Assembly (NCBI RefSeq): GCF_009914755.1
Contig: NC_060928.1
DNA: 64,000 bases
Source: the human T2T-CHM13v2.0 reference genome, Homo sapiens
Strand: one strand, 5' to 3'
Shown here: piece after piece, positions 13,248-32,715 of the stretch
Layout of the letters: each line of letters starts with the position of its first letter
Position numbering within the stretch: position 1 is the first letter of the stretch
Translations under genes and position numbers: made by a program
The notes under the pieces: model-generated
What the model saw: only the letters and a program-made list of their open reading frames with translations
The model's database searches: none
Told to the model about the DNA's origin: nothing

Positions 13248-15284
13248 TTAAGGCGTGAGTATGAGGCAGCATTAAGTCAGGAAACTAGAAAACAGTCTAT
13301 GTCAAACAAAAACTATTTTATACAGGGAAGTAATCACTAACAAATCTGTTTGGAAGAACTAAAAGAGCAAACTCCAGAAAGGGCCATCATTATCTTTCAG
13401 GTGCCCTTCTCAGTCTGTGCTACAGAGGTTTTAAAAAAAAGCTGCTATAAAACATAGAGGTTGGTAAAGTTGAGAAAGCCACCACAATTGTCATCTCTAC
13501 TCTATGGCCCTCGAAGAGGGAAATAAAGTCAGGTTAATCACTGTAAAATTTCATGCATGCTCAAGTCCATTTGTCCATTGCCTCTGCTATTAAAGAATAT
13601 ATTCTACTGCTCTGCTTCTCTTGTCCTGTAAGACTGTATCATATGGGTAGAATCTAAGTAATTTCTGAACCGTTTTGGCAAAGTCATCTAGGAAATGCAG
13701 TCTCCATTTTTCATGCCCTGGATAGGTGTGAAAATGGGCAACAGCCAATAGAACTGAAGAAGGATTGTCATGATAATATTTATGTTTTAAAATGTTCACT
13801 CCGGTTGACTTGTGAAAAAGAAAAAGACAATAAAAAAAAAATATCAGTCTGGATGATAAGTAAAGTAAGATGAATAAGATAATTGAACTATAATGTTAGT
13901 GTTGGAGATGGAAAAAACTTGAAGGTCAGCGGATATTTAAAACATATAATAAGCAGATTTTAAATCGGATTGTTTTTCATGCTATAATTTTATGAACTGT
14001 AGAACTCTACAGGTTTCTGTGGATTCTCCATTATCCTACTTTATTTCTCAATTAAGCTTGACTAAAAGGGAATATTTTGCAATAATAAATATTCTGTAAA
14101 TTATCAAAGAAGGCAAATAATTTCTTTTGCAGTTTTATTACTCAGTGATATTTTAATATTGCAGTCTAATTAAAACCCAAGTCACACAGAAATGCCATAT
14201 GATTAAAAATCTTATTAGCTTTATAGAGCATAAATACTTGCAACTAATGCCAGAGTTGCAGAATTCTATTTAGCACTTTAGGCTTAGATTATCTGACTGC
14301 CACCAAATAAAAATAGAGAATTATCTGTTTATATTTTAATTTTGCAAATAATCTATATACTAGCTCCTAGAAGTTCATCTTTGTGAAGTAATGACAAAAG
14401 AGTATTGTCGTATGGGAATTTTATTATTAAAACATTCAATGTACCTTTCAACATGCATTGACCTTTGAAAAGTTACATGTGCATTGGAATTTGAAGCCTC
14501 TGTAAATGGCTTACAATACGTGACTATATGTGAAAATGTATCTAGTCACCTTCTACTCACCATTTTAATTATACATAATTAAATCTAGACTATATTATAT
14601 ATAATTAATATAATATTAATTTATTCTATATGCATATTGATATATACAGAATCAATAATAATTATATATATGATTATATACAACAAAATTTAAAATAAAA
14701 GATTGAAAACTGAAACATCCTTCTAATTTTAGAGGACTGAAATTTCATTCTACAGCCTTTTGAAGTCCCAGGCTGGTACTTTTTCTTCACTTACATTTCA
14801 CTTTTTTTCTTATAGTTCAATACCAGAGAGATCTCGTGATGAAAAATATTCATTGTGATAAGGTCTAAGACAAGATGAAATGTGTAACCTCCAAATGAAT
14901 TCCTTATGCATTACTATCAAAATTCCAATAAACCAAATCTTATTTCTTTATTGAAATACTCTTAGATATGATAGTAAAAATAGAACTCAACTCATTTCAT
15001 TAAACATAAAGGCTCTTAAGAGTAGAAAGATCTTTAGTAAGGTTTGAAAAGGGGACATGGTGGAATTGATGGGGCAACTTAATAAGCAAAAACAAATATA
15101 ATCTACTTCACAATTTTTTTAGTGCCATGGGGACATCACAAGGTATAGTGGCATGCCATGACTCTTCAAGGGTATTTTTAGCTGAAAAAAGTTTGAATCA
15201 GTGTACAGAATTAACAGTAGTTGGTAGTTTTTTGTGACTATGTGACAGGCAGGCCTTAACAGACTAGATTTATGAACTAAACAC

Positions 15285-15680
15285 AAACAATGAGTGACAT
15301 AAGTAACAAACTCCAAAACATCAGTGGTTTAACACTTGACAGGCTTTTTTCTCATTCGTGCTACACTTACAATTCAGGTCAAGCTACTCCCCAGGCTCCT
15401 TCTCCAAGTGTACCATCAATCCAGTTTTGTTTTGCTTTTTTCCATCCCATGGCTTAACCATCTCATCATTTGACTGCGCAATCACTGCTTCAAAGGAAGA
15501 GAGAATGTGGAGAACACTCAGCTGCTCTATGATAACCCCTAAAGGATACATCGGACCTCCCTTCACAGTTCATTGACCGGAACTACTCATATCAATACCA
15601 GATAACCTCATGATAGGCTAGAAAATGCAGTATTTCTGTGTTCCCAGGAAGAAGAAAATAAAAAATGATTTGTTTAAAGC
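15285..15680 (-). mobile_element. Old MaLR LTR (MLT1K/L-like)
   Basis: aacaaactccaaaacatcagtggtttaacac...ttcattgaccggaactactcatat...ggctagaaaatgcagt match antisense MLT1 motifs. Confidence 0.55.
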
Positions 15681-17164
15681 AAAACAGGAGCCAGTTACAT
15701 GTGATAGGAGGAAACCTGACTGTACAGAAGGAGCATGATATGCAGAATGTATGATGTCAGAAAATAGGTAATAAGCAATTTCACCCATCAGTGATAGAGT
15801 CTGTCTTGGAAGATAATTGAAGAATAGTTATAGGTAGGCTGAAGGTACTCTGTATAAAAGGATGCAGGCTGACCCAGCAGCAGGTGCTACATCTCTAACG
15901 ATGGAAGTTAAATTACCAGGCAGGACTTAAATCACTGTGGAGAACTGAAATGAAAGAGGCACTCCCCAGTCTCTGTGGGGCAAGAATAAAATATGTATTC
16001 CTGAATTTGGTCTGGAATATATATTTGACACTTGGTATCTGGATCAAGGATTAAACCTAGTTATTGGAATTTAAAACAAGACACAGAAAGCTTGACTCAA
16101 CCATTGATCAGTTTGTTTTAAAACATGTCAGACAGAAGCACACTGAGGGCACCTTAATTAAAAAAAAAATTCCCATGACAAGATCTCATGGCAATGCAAA
16201 AACAAAATTTTTAAATGTGACTACAGCATAGCCAGGACTCATCATGACTGGACTGTAACACAGCAACTGTAAGGATGTCTAGAACATGAAACAATTTTAG
16301 GCCCCAGTTTACCATTGTGATCCCCCAACACCTCCGCTACCTGTGACCACTTTTGCATATTTTAATGTTTCAACATTCAACACTATAACTCAGCTACATT
16401 GTATTGCTCTTTCAACTCTTTTTCTTTCTATTCAGCGTTCAAAATCCCAAAGAGACTTCAGCTTCGCTTAGTGTGAGAACAGATGATATTTTGTTCATTT
16501 TAGAACACTTACAAAAGATAGAACAAAATGATCACAATTACCATGCTCACATTTGTGGAAACAATTCTGCAAGCTACTCTTGCCTTCATATAGAAACAGT
16601 TGTTCTGAAGTCTGCACTCTGGCATAGTTCATTTTCTTGGCTCTACCACTCAGAATAAAAAAAAATAAAATCACATAGATTTGAAAATAACATAGGTAAA
16701 TATAAAGATGATATAAGTGTTTGTGTGTGAGAGTGTGTGTGTGTGATTTATGAAATCTATATGCTCCAGGCATCACCAAACCATGAATAAAAATTATGAT
16801 TTTAACACTATTAGAGCATATGCCTTCACCCATGTGTCAGCAAATATCTTAACTCAAAAAACCCTCCAGTAATTTGGGGAAGAGCCTCAGAATACTTCCA
16901 CACATATATTCTAAATATGTCCTCAAGCATCTCTACTTTGCCATTCTTGTCTTTCCACTTTGCTGCTTTTCTCTGCCAAGGGCTTTTTGGGGATCACTCA
17001 CTACACAGGTCTCAGCAGTCCTCTATGTATGGCTGGCCCCCATTCCACTAACTGACCTCTGCACAAAGAAACTTCTTTCCTCTTTGTGGATTTGTGTGAA
17101 GAATGGTTCAGACTATCTTAGTTTCTCAGGGTTCAATTGAGGCCAGACTTATTGAGGCTTTCAC

Positions 17165-20100
17165 CCTTTTTGAATATACAGTTCTGTGAATTTTTACAAA
17201 CTCATACAGTTATGTAACCACCACAACAACAAGATACAGAGAAATTCACTCACTGTCCCCGAAATTCTCTAGTGTTCCTTTACGATCAGCTCAATTATCC
17301 AACATCCTGGCTCAGGTTACAATTGATATTGTTTTCTGCCCTAACAGTTTGCCTTTCCAAAATGTCACATAAATGAAGTTATACAGTTTATAGGCTTTGA
17401 ATTTGGGATAGTTCACTTAATATAATTCATTTAAAAATTGAATAATTTTTTCATTGTGTTTTATTGCTCACTCATATTCCATTTAATGGCTATTCCACAA
17501 CTGGTTTATCTATTTACTAGTTGATGAACATTTGAGTTGTTTATAGTTTGAGATAGTTATTAATAAAACTGCTATAAACATCCTCGTAAAGGTTATTTTG
17601 TGGATGTACATTTTCATTTATCTTGAGTAAACCCTCCAAGTAGGATTGCTGAATCAAAAGGTGAGAGTATGTTTAACTGTACAAGAAACTGCTCAACGGT
17701 TTCCAAAGTGGCTGTGCCATTTTGCATTCTCACAAACAGTGACTAAGAATTCGACTTGCTTCGCATCCTCATCAGTACATGGTGTTATCTATTGTTTTGG
17801 GGCTGGGGTTGGGGACGGGTTGTGCGTGTGTAGTTTAGTTTGCATTTCTCTAATGACTAATTATTTTGAGCAGCTTTCATTTACTTATTTATCATCCACA
17901 AATAAGATATCCCCTAATTTACTGCAGCTGTAAATCTTGAAATCAGGTAGCGTGCAGTCTCCAGATTTGTTCTTCTTTTCCAACTTGTTTTGGCTATTCT
18001 AATATTTGTGCTATTCCATATAAATTTATAATTAATCTTGTCAAAAACTGATGGATTTTCATTTGTTTAGGTCTTTTTTGATTACTCTCATCAGTATTTT
18101 GTATTCATCAGTATATAAAGCTAATCAGTATATAAAATACAAATCATAAATGGCTTTTCCATTGCTAGACTATAGAAATACAGTTATTTATTTTACCTTC
18201 TTATTTGAAATAACTATAGACCCACAGGAACTTGCAAAACTAGTTTTTAATTATAATGAAGTCAAAATTGTTTTATCAATTTATTTTTCTTTCATGGATC
18301 ATGAATTTGGTGTCATGTCTAATAACTCATTAACTAACCATGCATCGAGAAGATTTTCTCTTATGTTCTCTTTTATACGTTTTATAGTTTTACATTTAGA
18401 TCTATGATCTACATTGAGTCACTATTGGTATAAGGTATAAGGTATGTGTCAAGATTTCTCTTTGATTATTGATGTCCAGTTGCTCCAGACCATTTGTTGA
18501 AGAGACATTTTTTCTTTACTGAATTGTATTTGCATTTCTATCAAAAATCAGTTGAATATATTTGTTTAGCTCTATTCCTTGGTTCTCTATTCTTTTTCAT
18601 TGATTTATATGTGTACCCCATTTCTAGCCTTCCACTGACTTAATTATGGTAATGATAATATCTTAAAATTATGTAGTGTAAGTACTCCAAATTTATTCTT
18701 CCTTTAAAATACTTTTCTAGCTATTCTATGTACTTCCTTATACACATTTTAATACAGGCTTTTATATATCCTCAGAAAATTCTGTTGGGATTTTGATAGG
18801 AATTGCGTTGCATAATTGATTGTTGTATATTGACATTTGTCTTACAACTCTTGTTTTTACTCCTCCGCATGTTATTTATCTTTTATCTCTATCTGCTTTC
18901 AAGATTTTTTTTATCCTTAGTAATCACTATTTTGACTATAATGTGTATATGTATTTTTATTTGTTTTCATTTGTGCCTATCTTTCTAGGGTGTCCTCTGG
19001 CTTTTTGGATATGTAGTTTGACGGCTTTTATTAGTTTTGGAAAATGTTCAGTTGTTATCTCTTTAAATACTTCTTCACTGGATTCTTCCTCACTTCTTCT
19101 TTTGGGATAATAACTACTCAAATGCCAGACAGTTTGATATTTTCCTCCATATCAGGAATGCTCAGTTCTTGTTCTGTATTCCTTTTGTATTTCAATTTGC
19201 CTAAATTAAACAGAAGTAATTTTTCTTTTGTTGTGTCTGCTCTATTGTTGAGCCCCCAAAACGGAACTATTCATCTCTAATACTCGGTTTTTTACTTATT
19301 GAATTTCTATTTGACATTTTCTTGTGGTTCCTATCTCTATTTCAATCCCCCATCTGTGCATGCATGTTATCTGTTTTCCACTAGACTCTTTAACATATTA
19401 ATTATGGTTTTAAAAACTGTTTTACTGATAATTGCAACATATGGGTCATCTGAGTTGGTTCTCTTGACTGTTTTTATTCCTAATAATAGAATTTTCTTTC
19501 CTTTCCATTTTTCCTCATAAATTTTGATTGAATACTAAATATCATGTATATAACAGTAAAGACTGATACAAATAATATGCATGCTGAAAAATGGGCACGA
19601 TTTTATTCTGTCAGGCTATGAGTGAAGAAGTCAGTGTTGTCAGAGATGAAACTGTATTTAAGTTTTGTTGTTGCTATGGTCGCCAGTAGTGCACAAATGC
19701 TTCAAATCCTTCTATAATTGCCTTGCCCTTAAGGATGGGCCTGGTGTGCTGGTTTGTGTGTGTGTGTTTGTGTGTGTGTGTGTTTGTGTGTGTGTGCATG
19801 TGTGTATTTCAATAGCCCTGATTCACTGTCAGTTTCCCTGCACTGACAGTTTCCTTGCATTTCTCAGCCATCTCTGCACACCTGTGCTACAAAGGAAGTT
19901 GCTCATCCCACAATTGCACTGTCCCCAGTTGTAGACTGCTATTACTTGTTGCTTCAATCTCACTAGGCTTGTGGTGGAGGGCTTTCTGTTATCTTGGTCT
20001 TGTGCCAGTCTTAGGCAAGCCCTGTGTGCCTGGGCTTTGTATGTGAGAATTTCTCAAGGTGCCTGCCTCTCTTCCTCATGGCCAACAAATTGTGTTGTAT

Positions 20101-20270
20101 CTGTGGTGTGTCTTATGTGGGCGAGAGATTCCTGCTTCATTTCCAATAGCAAGAGCCCTACAATGTTAATGGTGTAGGCATATGGTCTCAGGACTCTCCC
20201 TCTCTGAAGGGTATTGGGTTTGGCTGCTTCTGCTTTTCCCCGCAAAATAGCTCTTCACCTTTACCTGGAG
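17165..20270 (-). mobile_element. Fragmented old L1M cluster (L1MB/MC/ME-type 3' end, ORF2 and 5' pieces)
   Basis: tacagttctgtgaatttttacaaactcatacagttatgtaaccaccac (3'UTR), then antisense ORF2/ORF1-like pieces; several junctions; contains an imperfect (GT)n at 19754-19806. Confidence 0.7.
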
Positions 20271-21869
20271 CACTGGATATCCCACATCAAGTGACTTGAG
20301 GCTTTAGGCAGGGGCAGGGCTTTATGCCTGCAGAAGTATTTAGGAATATGTTGAGATTTTGGAAAGCTGTGAGTTGCCGTAAGTAGTAATGGTGGGGATG
20401 TCTTGTGAGCTGTGGGAGAGGGCTGGAACAAAGGAAAATTAGCAGCTTATAGTAATACTCCTAATATGTGGCCCAGTGACCCTAGACCCTGTAGAAAGAA
20501 GAAACCATTTTCCCTTTAAGGGGAAACCTCTTTCTTCATAGTATCACTGACAGTAGGACCACCAACATCTGAAGAAGTGTCCTATTTTATCCACAAGGAT
20601 GTCATCTGCTCCAGTGAGGAAAATTGTAATACTACTACTAAAAGACATTTCCCAACATCCTGTTGATTTATTTTTAACTCAGGAACCATTGTGTAAACCT
20701 AAACTATGTTTTCTTGTTTAATGCCCAAGGATCTGGTTCTTTTTACAAACTTTTTTCCATGTTGAGGTAAAGAGAAGTCAGAGCCTGCATGTGCATCTGA
20801 CTGTAGTCCAGTATAAACCATTATTCTCTTACGAACTAGAGCTGAGACAATAGCTGAACACGACACACACACTCACACACATACACACACACACCCCTAT
20901 GCTACCACAAGCAAACACTCACAGATCTACATGACACCCACTCAAGTCAAAATTTTAACAAGTTTTAGGTTACAGATACACAAGTGAACATTAAAATTAG
21001 ACAAAAAACTAACTTCTAGGGACACAGTTTTGATTAAATATTTATATATTTTATTTTTGTAAGAAAGAATCTTGGTGAGAACTTTCTTGGCTGCATTCTG
21101 TCAACTTAACTTTCCTGGCTTACAGTTATATAATTTAAGGAGCTCACTAAAGCAGCTTTACCATTCCTCCTTCTCATCCCCTGGTAAAAATAGTCCTCTG
21201 CCTCAAAGGTAAATCTGAGTTTCCAAATTAAAGGGGAAATTACAGTTTAAAAAAAAAATCTTTAAATCCTTCCTTCAAAGGGAACTGCGTTGCATTTCTG
21301 GCAACATTAAAATTCAAATCATTTATTTTGATCTTCTATTTATATGAGGAAACAGTATTTGGAAAGTTTTTAGACTACAGTGAAAAAAAAAAAGAGTTCT
21401 ATGGAGACTATTTCTCTCCAAAATTACATTTTGTTTGGCACGTCTGATTTGCAATCTCTTTGTGTAACCACCTTTTTCCATTTTCTCACATTGACACATC
21501 TAAAAATCAAGCCATAACTCTGTTCTCACACCTTCATCACAAATTAGAGCTAAGACATTCTGTCATAGTGGGAATTCCCATAACAAGATGAACTTTGGCA
21601 TTTCACAGACTGAAGAGAGGACACTTTCAAAATCTTGTGTGAAGATGTTATAAAATATATTTCTTTGGAAGCAGAAAAGCAGGAAAATTTGGATTCTAGC
21701 ATTATACATATATGTTTACTTTAGAAATCAGTTATGAACTAATTTTTAAATGACTTTCATAAAATAATGATATATCTGTAAACATGAGGTTATGGGAAAA
21801 TGCTGTCACACATAATTTGTATATTTATGGCAAATTTCAATCTTTCAAAAATACATAAAATAGTATATC

Positions 21870-22800
21870 AGATCCTTTGTACTTGCATGGAGATTTTAAA
21901 TGTATTAATATTTTTCAGTGTTTGCTTCACACCATTTTCTTCTTATTAAAAAAAATTACAATAGTATAGTGCCAGGATAACCTTTCTCCTAACCTCTAGG
22001 TAAATACCATCCTAAAGTTGATGTGTAGGAATCCTATATGTTTTGGTATCTTTACTATGTATGTAGATATGAACAAAAATGTACATACTATTAGTCTTCA
22101 GGTTTAAATTTTATGTTAATGGCAACATACAGTTTCTATCACATTGTAATTTTTTTAGATTGAACATAATATTTTTAAGTTACATACATGTTGATACGGT
22201 AAAGTGGGTTTTTTAAAGTTAACTGCAGCAAAATATTGCAAATATGAACAAAATAGTTTACTCATTTGTCTACTAAGGGAAATTTATATTTATTCTTTTT
22301 TATTGTTACAATCTCTGCTAAGAAAAATGGTTTTCTTAAGTGTCTCAAGCATAGAAGGGTGTCTCAAAGGTAAATATTTTGAAGTAAAATTGCTAGGATA
22401 TGCACAAGTGTATTAAACATTATTAAAATGTTACTAAATGTATTAAAATATATTTTTATCCAAAATATGTGTACCAATTTACATTCTAACCAGCTATGTC
22501 CAAGGGTTTTTACTTCTTCACACTTATGTCAGTGTTTGGTGAATCCAGACATTAATTTTTCCAGTCTGAGGACTGAAAAATGGTGCCTTATTGCTGTTTT
22601 AATTAATTTAATTACTAGTGAGAATGAGCATGTTTTCATATATCTGTTGTTCATTTGGTGAATTGCCTGCCTGTAATCTTTGTCCTTTTTAAAAGTTGGT
22701 ATGCTTATCTATTTATTATTCATTTAAAGATATTTTTATATTCTGGATACTAATCTTTAGTTGGTTATATTGTTGCAAAATGATATGACTGGTATGCTGC
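21870..22800 (-). mobile_element. L1ME-like fragment (resumes ~29265-29500 after the Alu+L1 insertion)
   Basis: gtaccaatttacattctaaccagc...actagtgagaatgagcatgttttcatatatctgttg...ttctggatactaatcttt are antisense old-L1 ORF2 3' motifs. Confidence 0.65.
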
Positions 22801-22964
22801 CATTAATATGAAATCTAATAATGCAAAACAATAGCACACACACATATACACATGTATGTATGTGGTAATCGTACAGTTATATGAAATTTATTTAGATGCT
22901 AACTTCAGAGATTATCTAGTGGTTGGGAAGAAAGTTGTGCTGACTACTATATTGTTATAATTTA

Positions 22965-24341
<1,377 letters not shown>

Positions 24342-25358
24342 ATGGGGAAAAAACAGAGCGGAAAAACTGAAAAATCTAAAAATCAGAGCGCTTCTCTTCC
24401 TCCAAAGGAACGCAGCTCCTCACCAGCAACGGAACAAAGCTGGACGGAGAATGACTTTGACGAGTTGAGAGAAGAAGGCTTCAGAAGATCAAACTACTCC
24501 AAGCTAAAGGAGGAAGTTCGAACCCATGGCAAAGAAGTTAAAAACCTTGAAAAAAGATTAGACAAATGGCTAACTAGTATAACCAATGTAGAGAAGTCCT
24601 TAAAGGACCTGATGGAGATGAAAACCATGGCACGAGAACTACGTGACAAATGCACAAGCCTCAGTAGCTGATTCGATCAACTGGAAGAAAGGGTATCAGT
24701 GATAGAAGATCAAATGAATAAAATGAAGCAAGAAGAGAAGTTTAGAGAAAAAAGAATAAAAGGAAACGAACAAAGCCCCCGAGAAATATGGGACTATGTG
24801 AAAAGACCAAATCTACGTCTGATTGGTGTACCTGAAAGTGATGGGAAGAATGGAACCAAGTTGGAAAACACTCTGCAGGATATTATCCAGGAGAACTTCC
24901 CCAATCTAGCAAGTCAGGCCAACATTCAAATTCAGGAAATACAGAGAACGCCACAAAGATACTCCTTGAGAAGAGCAACTCCAAGACACATAATTGTCAG
25001 ATTCACCAAAGTAGAAATGAAGGAAAAAATGTTAAGGGCAGCTAGAGAGAATGGTCAGGTTACCCACAAAGGGAAGCCCATCAGACTGACAGCTGATCTC
25101 TTGGCAGAAACTCTACAAGCCAGAAGAGAGTGGGGGCCAATCTTCAACATTCTTAAACAAAAGAATTTTCAACCCAGAATTTCATATCCAGCCAAACAAA
25201 GCTTCATAAGTGAAGGAGAAATAAAATAATTTACAGACAAGCAAATGCAGAGAGATTTTGTCACCCCCAGGCCTGTCCTAAAAGAGCTCCAGAAGGAAGC
25301 ACTAAACATGGAAAGCAACAACTGGTACCAGCCACTGCAAAAACATGCCAAATTGTAA
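24342..25358 (+). pseudogene. ORF1: L1 ORF1p (RNA-binding chaperone), disrupted
   Basis: MGKKQSGKTEKSKNQSAS...; 1017 nt in one frame with premature stops at 24669-24671 (TGA) and 25227-25229 (TAA). Confidence 0.93.
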
Positions 25359-25406
25359 AGACCATTGATGCTAGGAAGAAACTGCATCAACTAAGGAGCA
25401 AAATAA

Positions 25407-29024
<3,618 letters not shown>

Positions 29025-29524
29025 ACAATGAGAACACATGGACACAGGAAGGGGAACATCACACACCAGGGCCTGTTGTAAGGTGGGGGGAGGGGGAAGG
29101 GATAGCATTAGGAGATATACCTAATGTTAAATGACGAGTTAATGGGTGCAGCACACCAACAGGTCACATTTATATATATGTAACAATCCTGCACGTTGTG
29201 CATATGTACCCTAAAACTTAAAGTATAATAAAAAAATAAATAAGTAAATAAAAAAGAGAGGTATAAAGCAAACATCATAAATATTAATATACTTAAATCT
29301 GTGTGGTTTGTCATTTTCTTTGCTATACCTTTTCAAACATATTTTATTATAAATACATTTATCAATATTTTTATTTTATTTTGTATTTTTTGACTTATTT
29401 AAGAAATCTTATCCTATTCTGATATTTTAACTATTTTTTTCTAAAAGGTTTATAGCAATGCTTTTCATACTTTTAGATTTAATCTGCATAAATTTCAAAA
29501 ATTTGTAATTTTAAAAAAACTTCA

Positions 29525-29766
29525 GGCGGGCAGATCACTACCTCAGGAGATCAAGACCATCCTGACCAACATGGTGAAACTCCGCCTCTACTAAAAATAC
29601 AAAAAATTAGCTGGGTGTGGTGGCACATGCCTATAGTTCCAGTTACTCGGGAGGCTGAGGCAGGACAATCGCTTGAACCCTGGCGGGCTGAGGTTGCAGT
29701 GAGCCGAGATCGCGGCACTGCACTCCACCCTGGGTGATAGAGCTAGACTCAGTCTCAAAAAAAAGA

Positions 29767-29770
<4 letters not shown>
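29525..29770 (+). mobile_element. 5'-truncated AluS (Sc-like)
   Basis: ggcgggcagatcac..caggagatcaagaccatcctg...gactcagtctc plus A tail; lacks the first ~45 nt. Confidence 0.9.

Positions 29771-29771
<1 letters not shown>

Positions 29772-29803
<32 letters not shown>
29772..29803. repeat. (TA)16 microsatellite in the Alu tail
   Basis: read directly. Confidence 0.95.
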
Positions 29804-29808
<5 letters not shown>

Positions 29809-30139
29809 ACTTATAGATGAGTTGAAGGGAAAGTATATATGTCACTCAAATTCCCCAACTGTTAATATTTTGGGAACTAGTGGTATCATTTTCTTTATCT
29901 GTCCATTGGAGAGTAAATTGTCTTTTCCTCCTTAATATTTCAGTGTGTATTTTCTATTACTTAACCACAATAAAATGATTGAAATCTGGAAATTAGCATG
30001 ATACAGTATTATCGTCTTGCTACAGTTCTTATTCTATATACCAATAATGCATCCCAAAATATATTTTATAGCATATTGTCATCATATGTCCCAATAATTA
30101 TGCCAATACCATGCTAGGCTGGTATTATTGTTCCAATAA

Positions 30140-30556
30140 TATGCTAGGCTATGATCTCCAGTTGTTTGGTCACCCACTAATAAACATTGTTGTGGAAGTA
30201 TTTTTTCAAGGTGATTAATATTTAAATCAGTAGACTGAGTAAAGGAGATTACCCTCTATATTGCGAATGCACCTCATTAATTATCTAAAGGCCTTAACAG
30301 CAAAGACTGAAGTACCCCAAAGAAGTACAATTTCTGCCTCCAACCTGCAAATAGGAAACTTATCTTAGTTTCCAGCCTTTGTATACAAGACTGCAACATC
30401 ACTCTGGACTCAATAGATTTCAGTCTTGCCAGCCCCTACATTTTCATGAGCCAATTCCTTAAAAGAATTCTGAGTTCATAAAGTTTTTAAAACCTAAATT
30501 TATGAGTTGTAAATATGCATCTTACTGGTTCTGTTTCTTTGGAAAGCTCTAATACA
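30140..30556 (+). mobile_element. MLT2 (MLT2C-like) ERVL LTR
   Basis: gctaggctatgatctccagttgtttggtca...aatcagtagactgagtaaaggagattaccctc...ggttctgtttctttggaaagctctaataca. Confidence 0.75.
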
Positions 30557-30949
30557 TATATATTGTTAATTTTTCAAAGGACTGGATTTAATAAGTAAAT
30601 ATATTCTTTAAGATATATTTCGTGGATTTTTTATTTAAACTTTCTTTTATTCACCTTCCTATTGTATTAATTTGAATTTCCTGCCCCCGCCCCCCAGCAT
30701 TTTGAATTAGGAAATTAATTCATGTATTTTCATTCTTTCATTTTTATTGATACAAATGTTTATGGTTATGATTTGTTCATCTCTTAACTGATTTAATATA
30801 GTGTAGAATTTCGGATATGTAGTTTTTCACTCATTATTTTTTAGAGATTATGTAACGTCAACTGGCATTTCCCTCTTCACCCAAGTATCTTTCAAAACAG
30901 CAGTGTAGAGCAACATCATTTATAGATGCTTAAGCCTTAAATATTAGTA

Positions 30950-32090
30950 AATGAAATCCATGAGTGTTATTAAAGACTAATATTCCATGACCAAACTGGG
31001 GTTACTTTAGCATCCAAGAGTGATTTCATATTAGAAAATCAATTTATGTAATTTATTATATAATTAAAGAGAAAAATATATGATTACCTCAATAAAATCC
31101 CAAATGTATTTTGATAAAATTCAATATTCACTACTGTTGAGGATAAAATTTAATTATCAAAAAACCCCACAAGTCTCTTACTATATTACATTGAAAAACA
31201 TTTTTGGTATAAAATAAAGAACATAAGTATCTGCTATTAAAATACTAGAAGAAGTCACATGAATACCCAAGGGAAAAAGTACATCTTAAAGGTATATATT
31301 ATAAAACACCGTGTGAAGGATCTAATTGATACAATGAAATAAGAGATGGAGTTAGATAATGTATTATTATTTACAAATAATGTGCTTCTCTACACAGGAA
31401 ATCAAACAAAAAAACCCAGAAAAAATAACAAATGACAGAGTTCAGTAAAATAGACATTTAAGATTAATATACATAAATAAAATACAATGTATGTTATATA
31501 AATTTACTGCAAAATATGTTAAAAAATCTAAAAACAAATACTATATATCATTTGAAGTGCCTACTAAAATTATTTAAATATCAAAATGTTTCTTAAAAGG
31601 AAGTTGAAAGATGAATAGAACAAAGTGTAGATTCAAGAAGAAGAATTTAATGTATGTTAAATGAGACATTAAAATTGGTGACCAAGAAAGTAATTAATTA
31701 TTATAACAAATTTCAGTGTGCTATGATAATCTTTTGAAAATGCTCGAATCTTCTTCCACAAAATACAAAAACAAAACGTAACTCCCTATGAATTAACTTC
31801 CTGTAGATTTACATGAAAGAGATAACACACAACACAGAAATATTAATATTTTTACATGATTAGATGAACAAAGATTTTTCTTAGCATGATGCTAAATTCA
31901 TAAGCCATAAATGAAAAAAGAAATGCTTGTGCACGTAAAAATATAAAACTTGTTACATGCCATAAATGAAGAAAAATATAAATTACGCAAGAAAATATTT
32001 ACCATTTATAAGACCAATAAATACCTAAATTTATTTTTACAATAAAATTTTTTATGAAGATACAACAAAAAGATGAGCAACATAATTTTA
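30950..32090 (+). mobile_element. Ancient L1M ORF2 (RT region) remnant
   Basis: ccatgaccaaactgggg...atatgattacctcaataaaat...ttttgataaaattcaata resemble the HDQVG and FDKIQ-coding segments; very diverged. Confidence 0.6.
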
Positions 32091-32621
32091 TAATGAGTGT
32101 ATTTTATTCCTCATATGATTTTTCTAAAATCTTCATTAATTCTTGGCTTGCCAAAAATTGAGAAAAGATTATTTCCTCCACTCAAATGAGAATCCTTGTT
32201 CTCTTGATCATAAAAGCAGGCTCTGTCTTTTAAATTCTACCCTGTGTGTATGAGTGTATGAGTGTTTGCATGGGGATAATGTTATAGATAGACATGTGAA
32301 TGGGTAGGTTGTGCAGATGCTGTGTTGTCAGGGTGTTTAGGCACAACCCAGCTGGCAAATGTATGATCGGATCTTACATCCACCTCTGCTTCCCAAATGG
32401 CAGCCTCTACTCTGGATGTCTCTTGGTTTGGAAGTCCTCCTTCAGAAGCTAGACTTACAGAATGTTTGTTCTAAGGCAAATGTGAGAATCTACTTTTCCT
32501 GGCTGTTTCTTCTATGAATATTATTTATCATCTCAGGTTCTTCTGACATCTTTTGCAAGTAGTAACTATGTGGCCAGCAGTTCTACCTAAGCAGGTTGTT
32601 TTATTTAGAAAGTTATTCTTA

Positions 32622-32715
32622 CCCCCCACCACCCTGGATATTTAATTTACCCATGTAGCAAACTTGTACAAGTGCCCCTTGAACCTAAAATAAAAGTTGA
32701 AAAGAAAAAAAAAGG
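32622..32715 (+). mobile_element. Very short (~94 bp) 5'-truncated L1 3' end (L1PA16/L1PB-like)
   Basis: tttacccatgtagcaaacttgtacaagtgccccttgaacctaaaataaaagt plus A tail; TSD agaaagttattctta/agaaaggtattctta at 32607-32621 and 32716-32730. Confidence 0.85.

Noticed and set aside
13265-13780. Possible ancient LTR interrupting an L2 relic
   Set aside because: Only a short motif resemblance (agtcaggaaactagaaaac...tacagggaa); family and bounds cannot be supported by eye.
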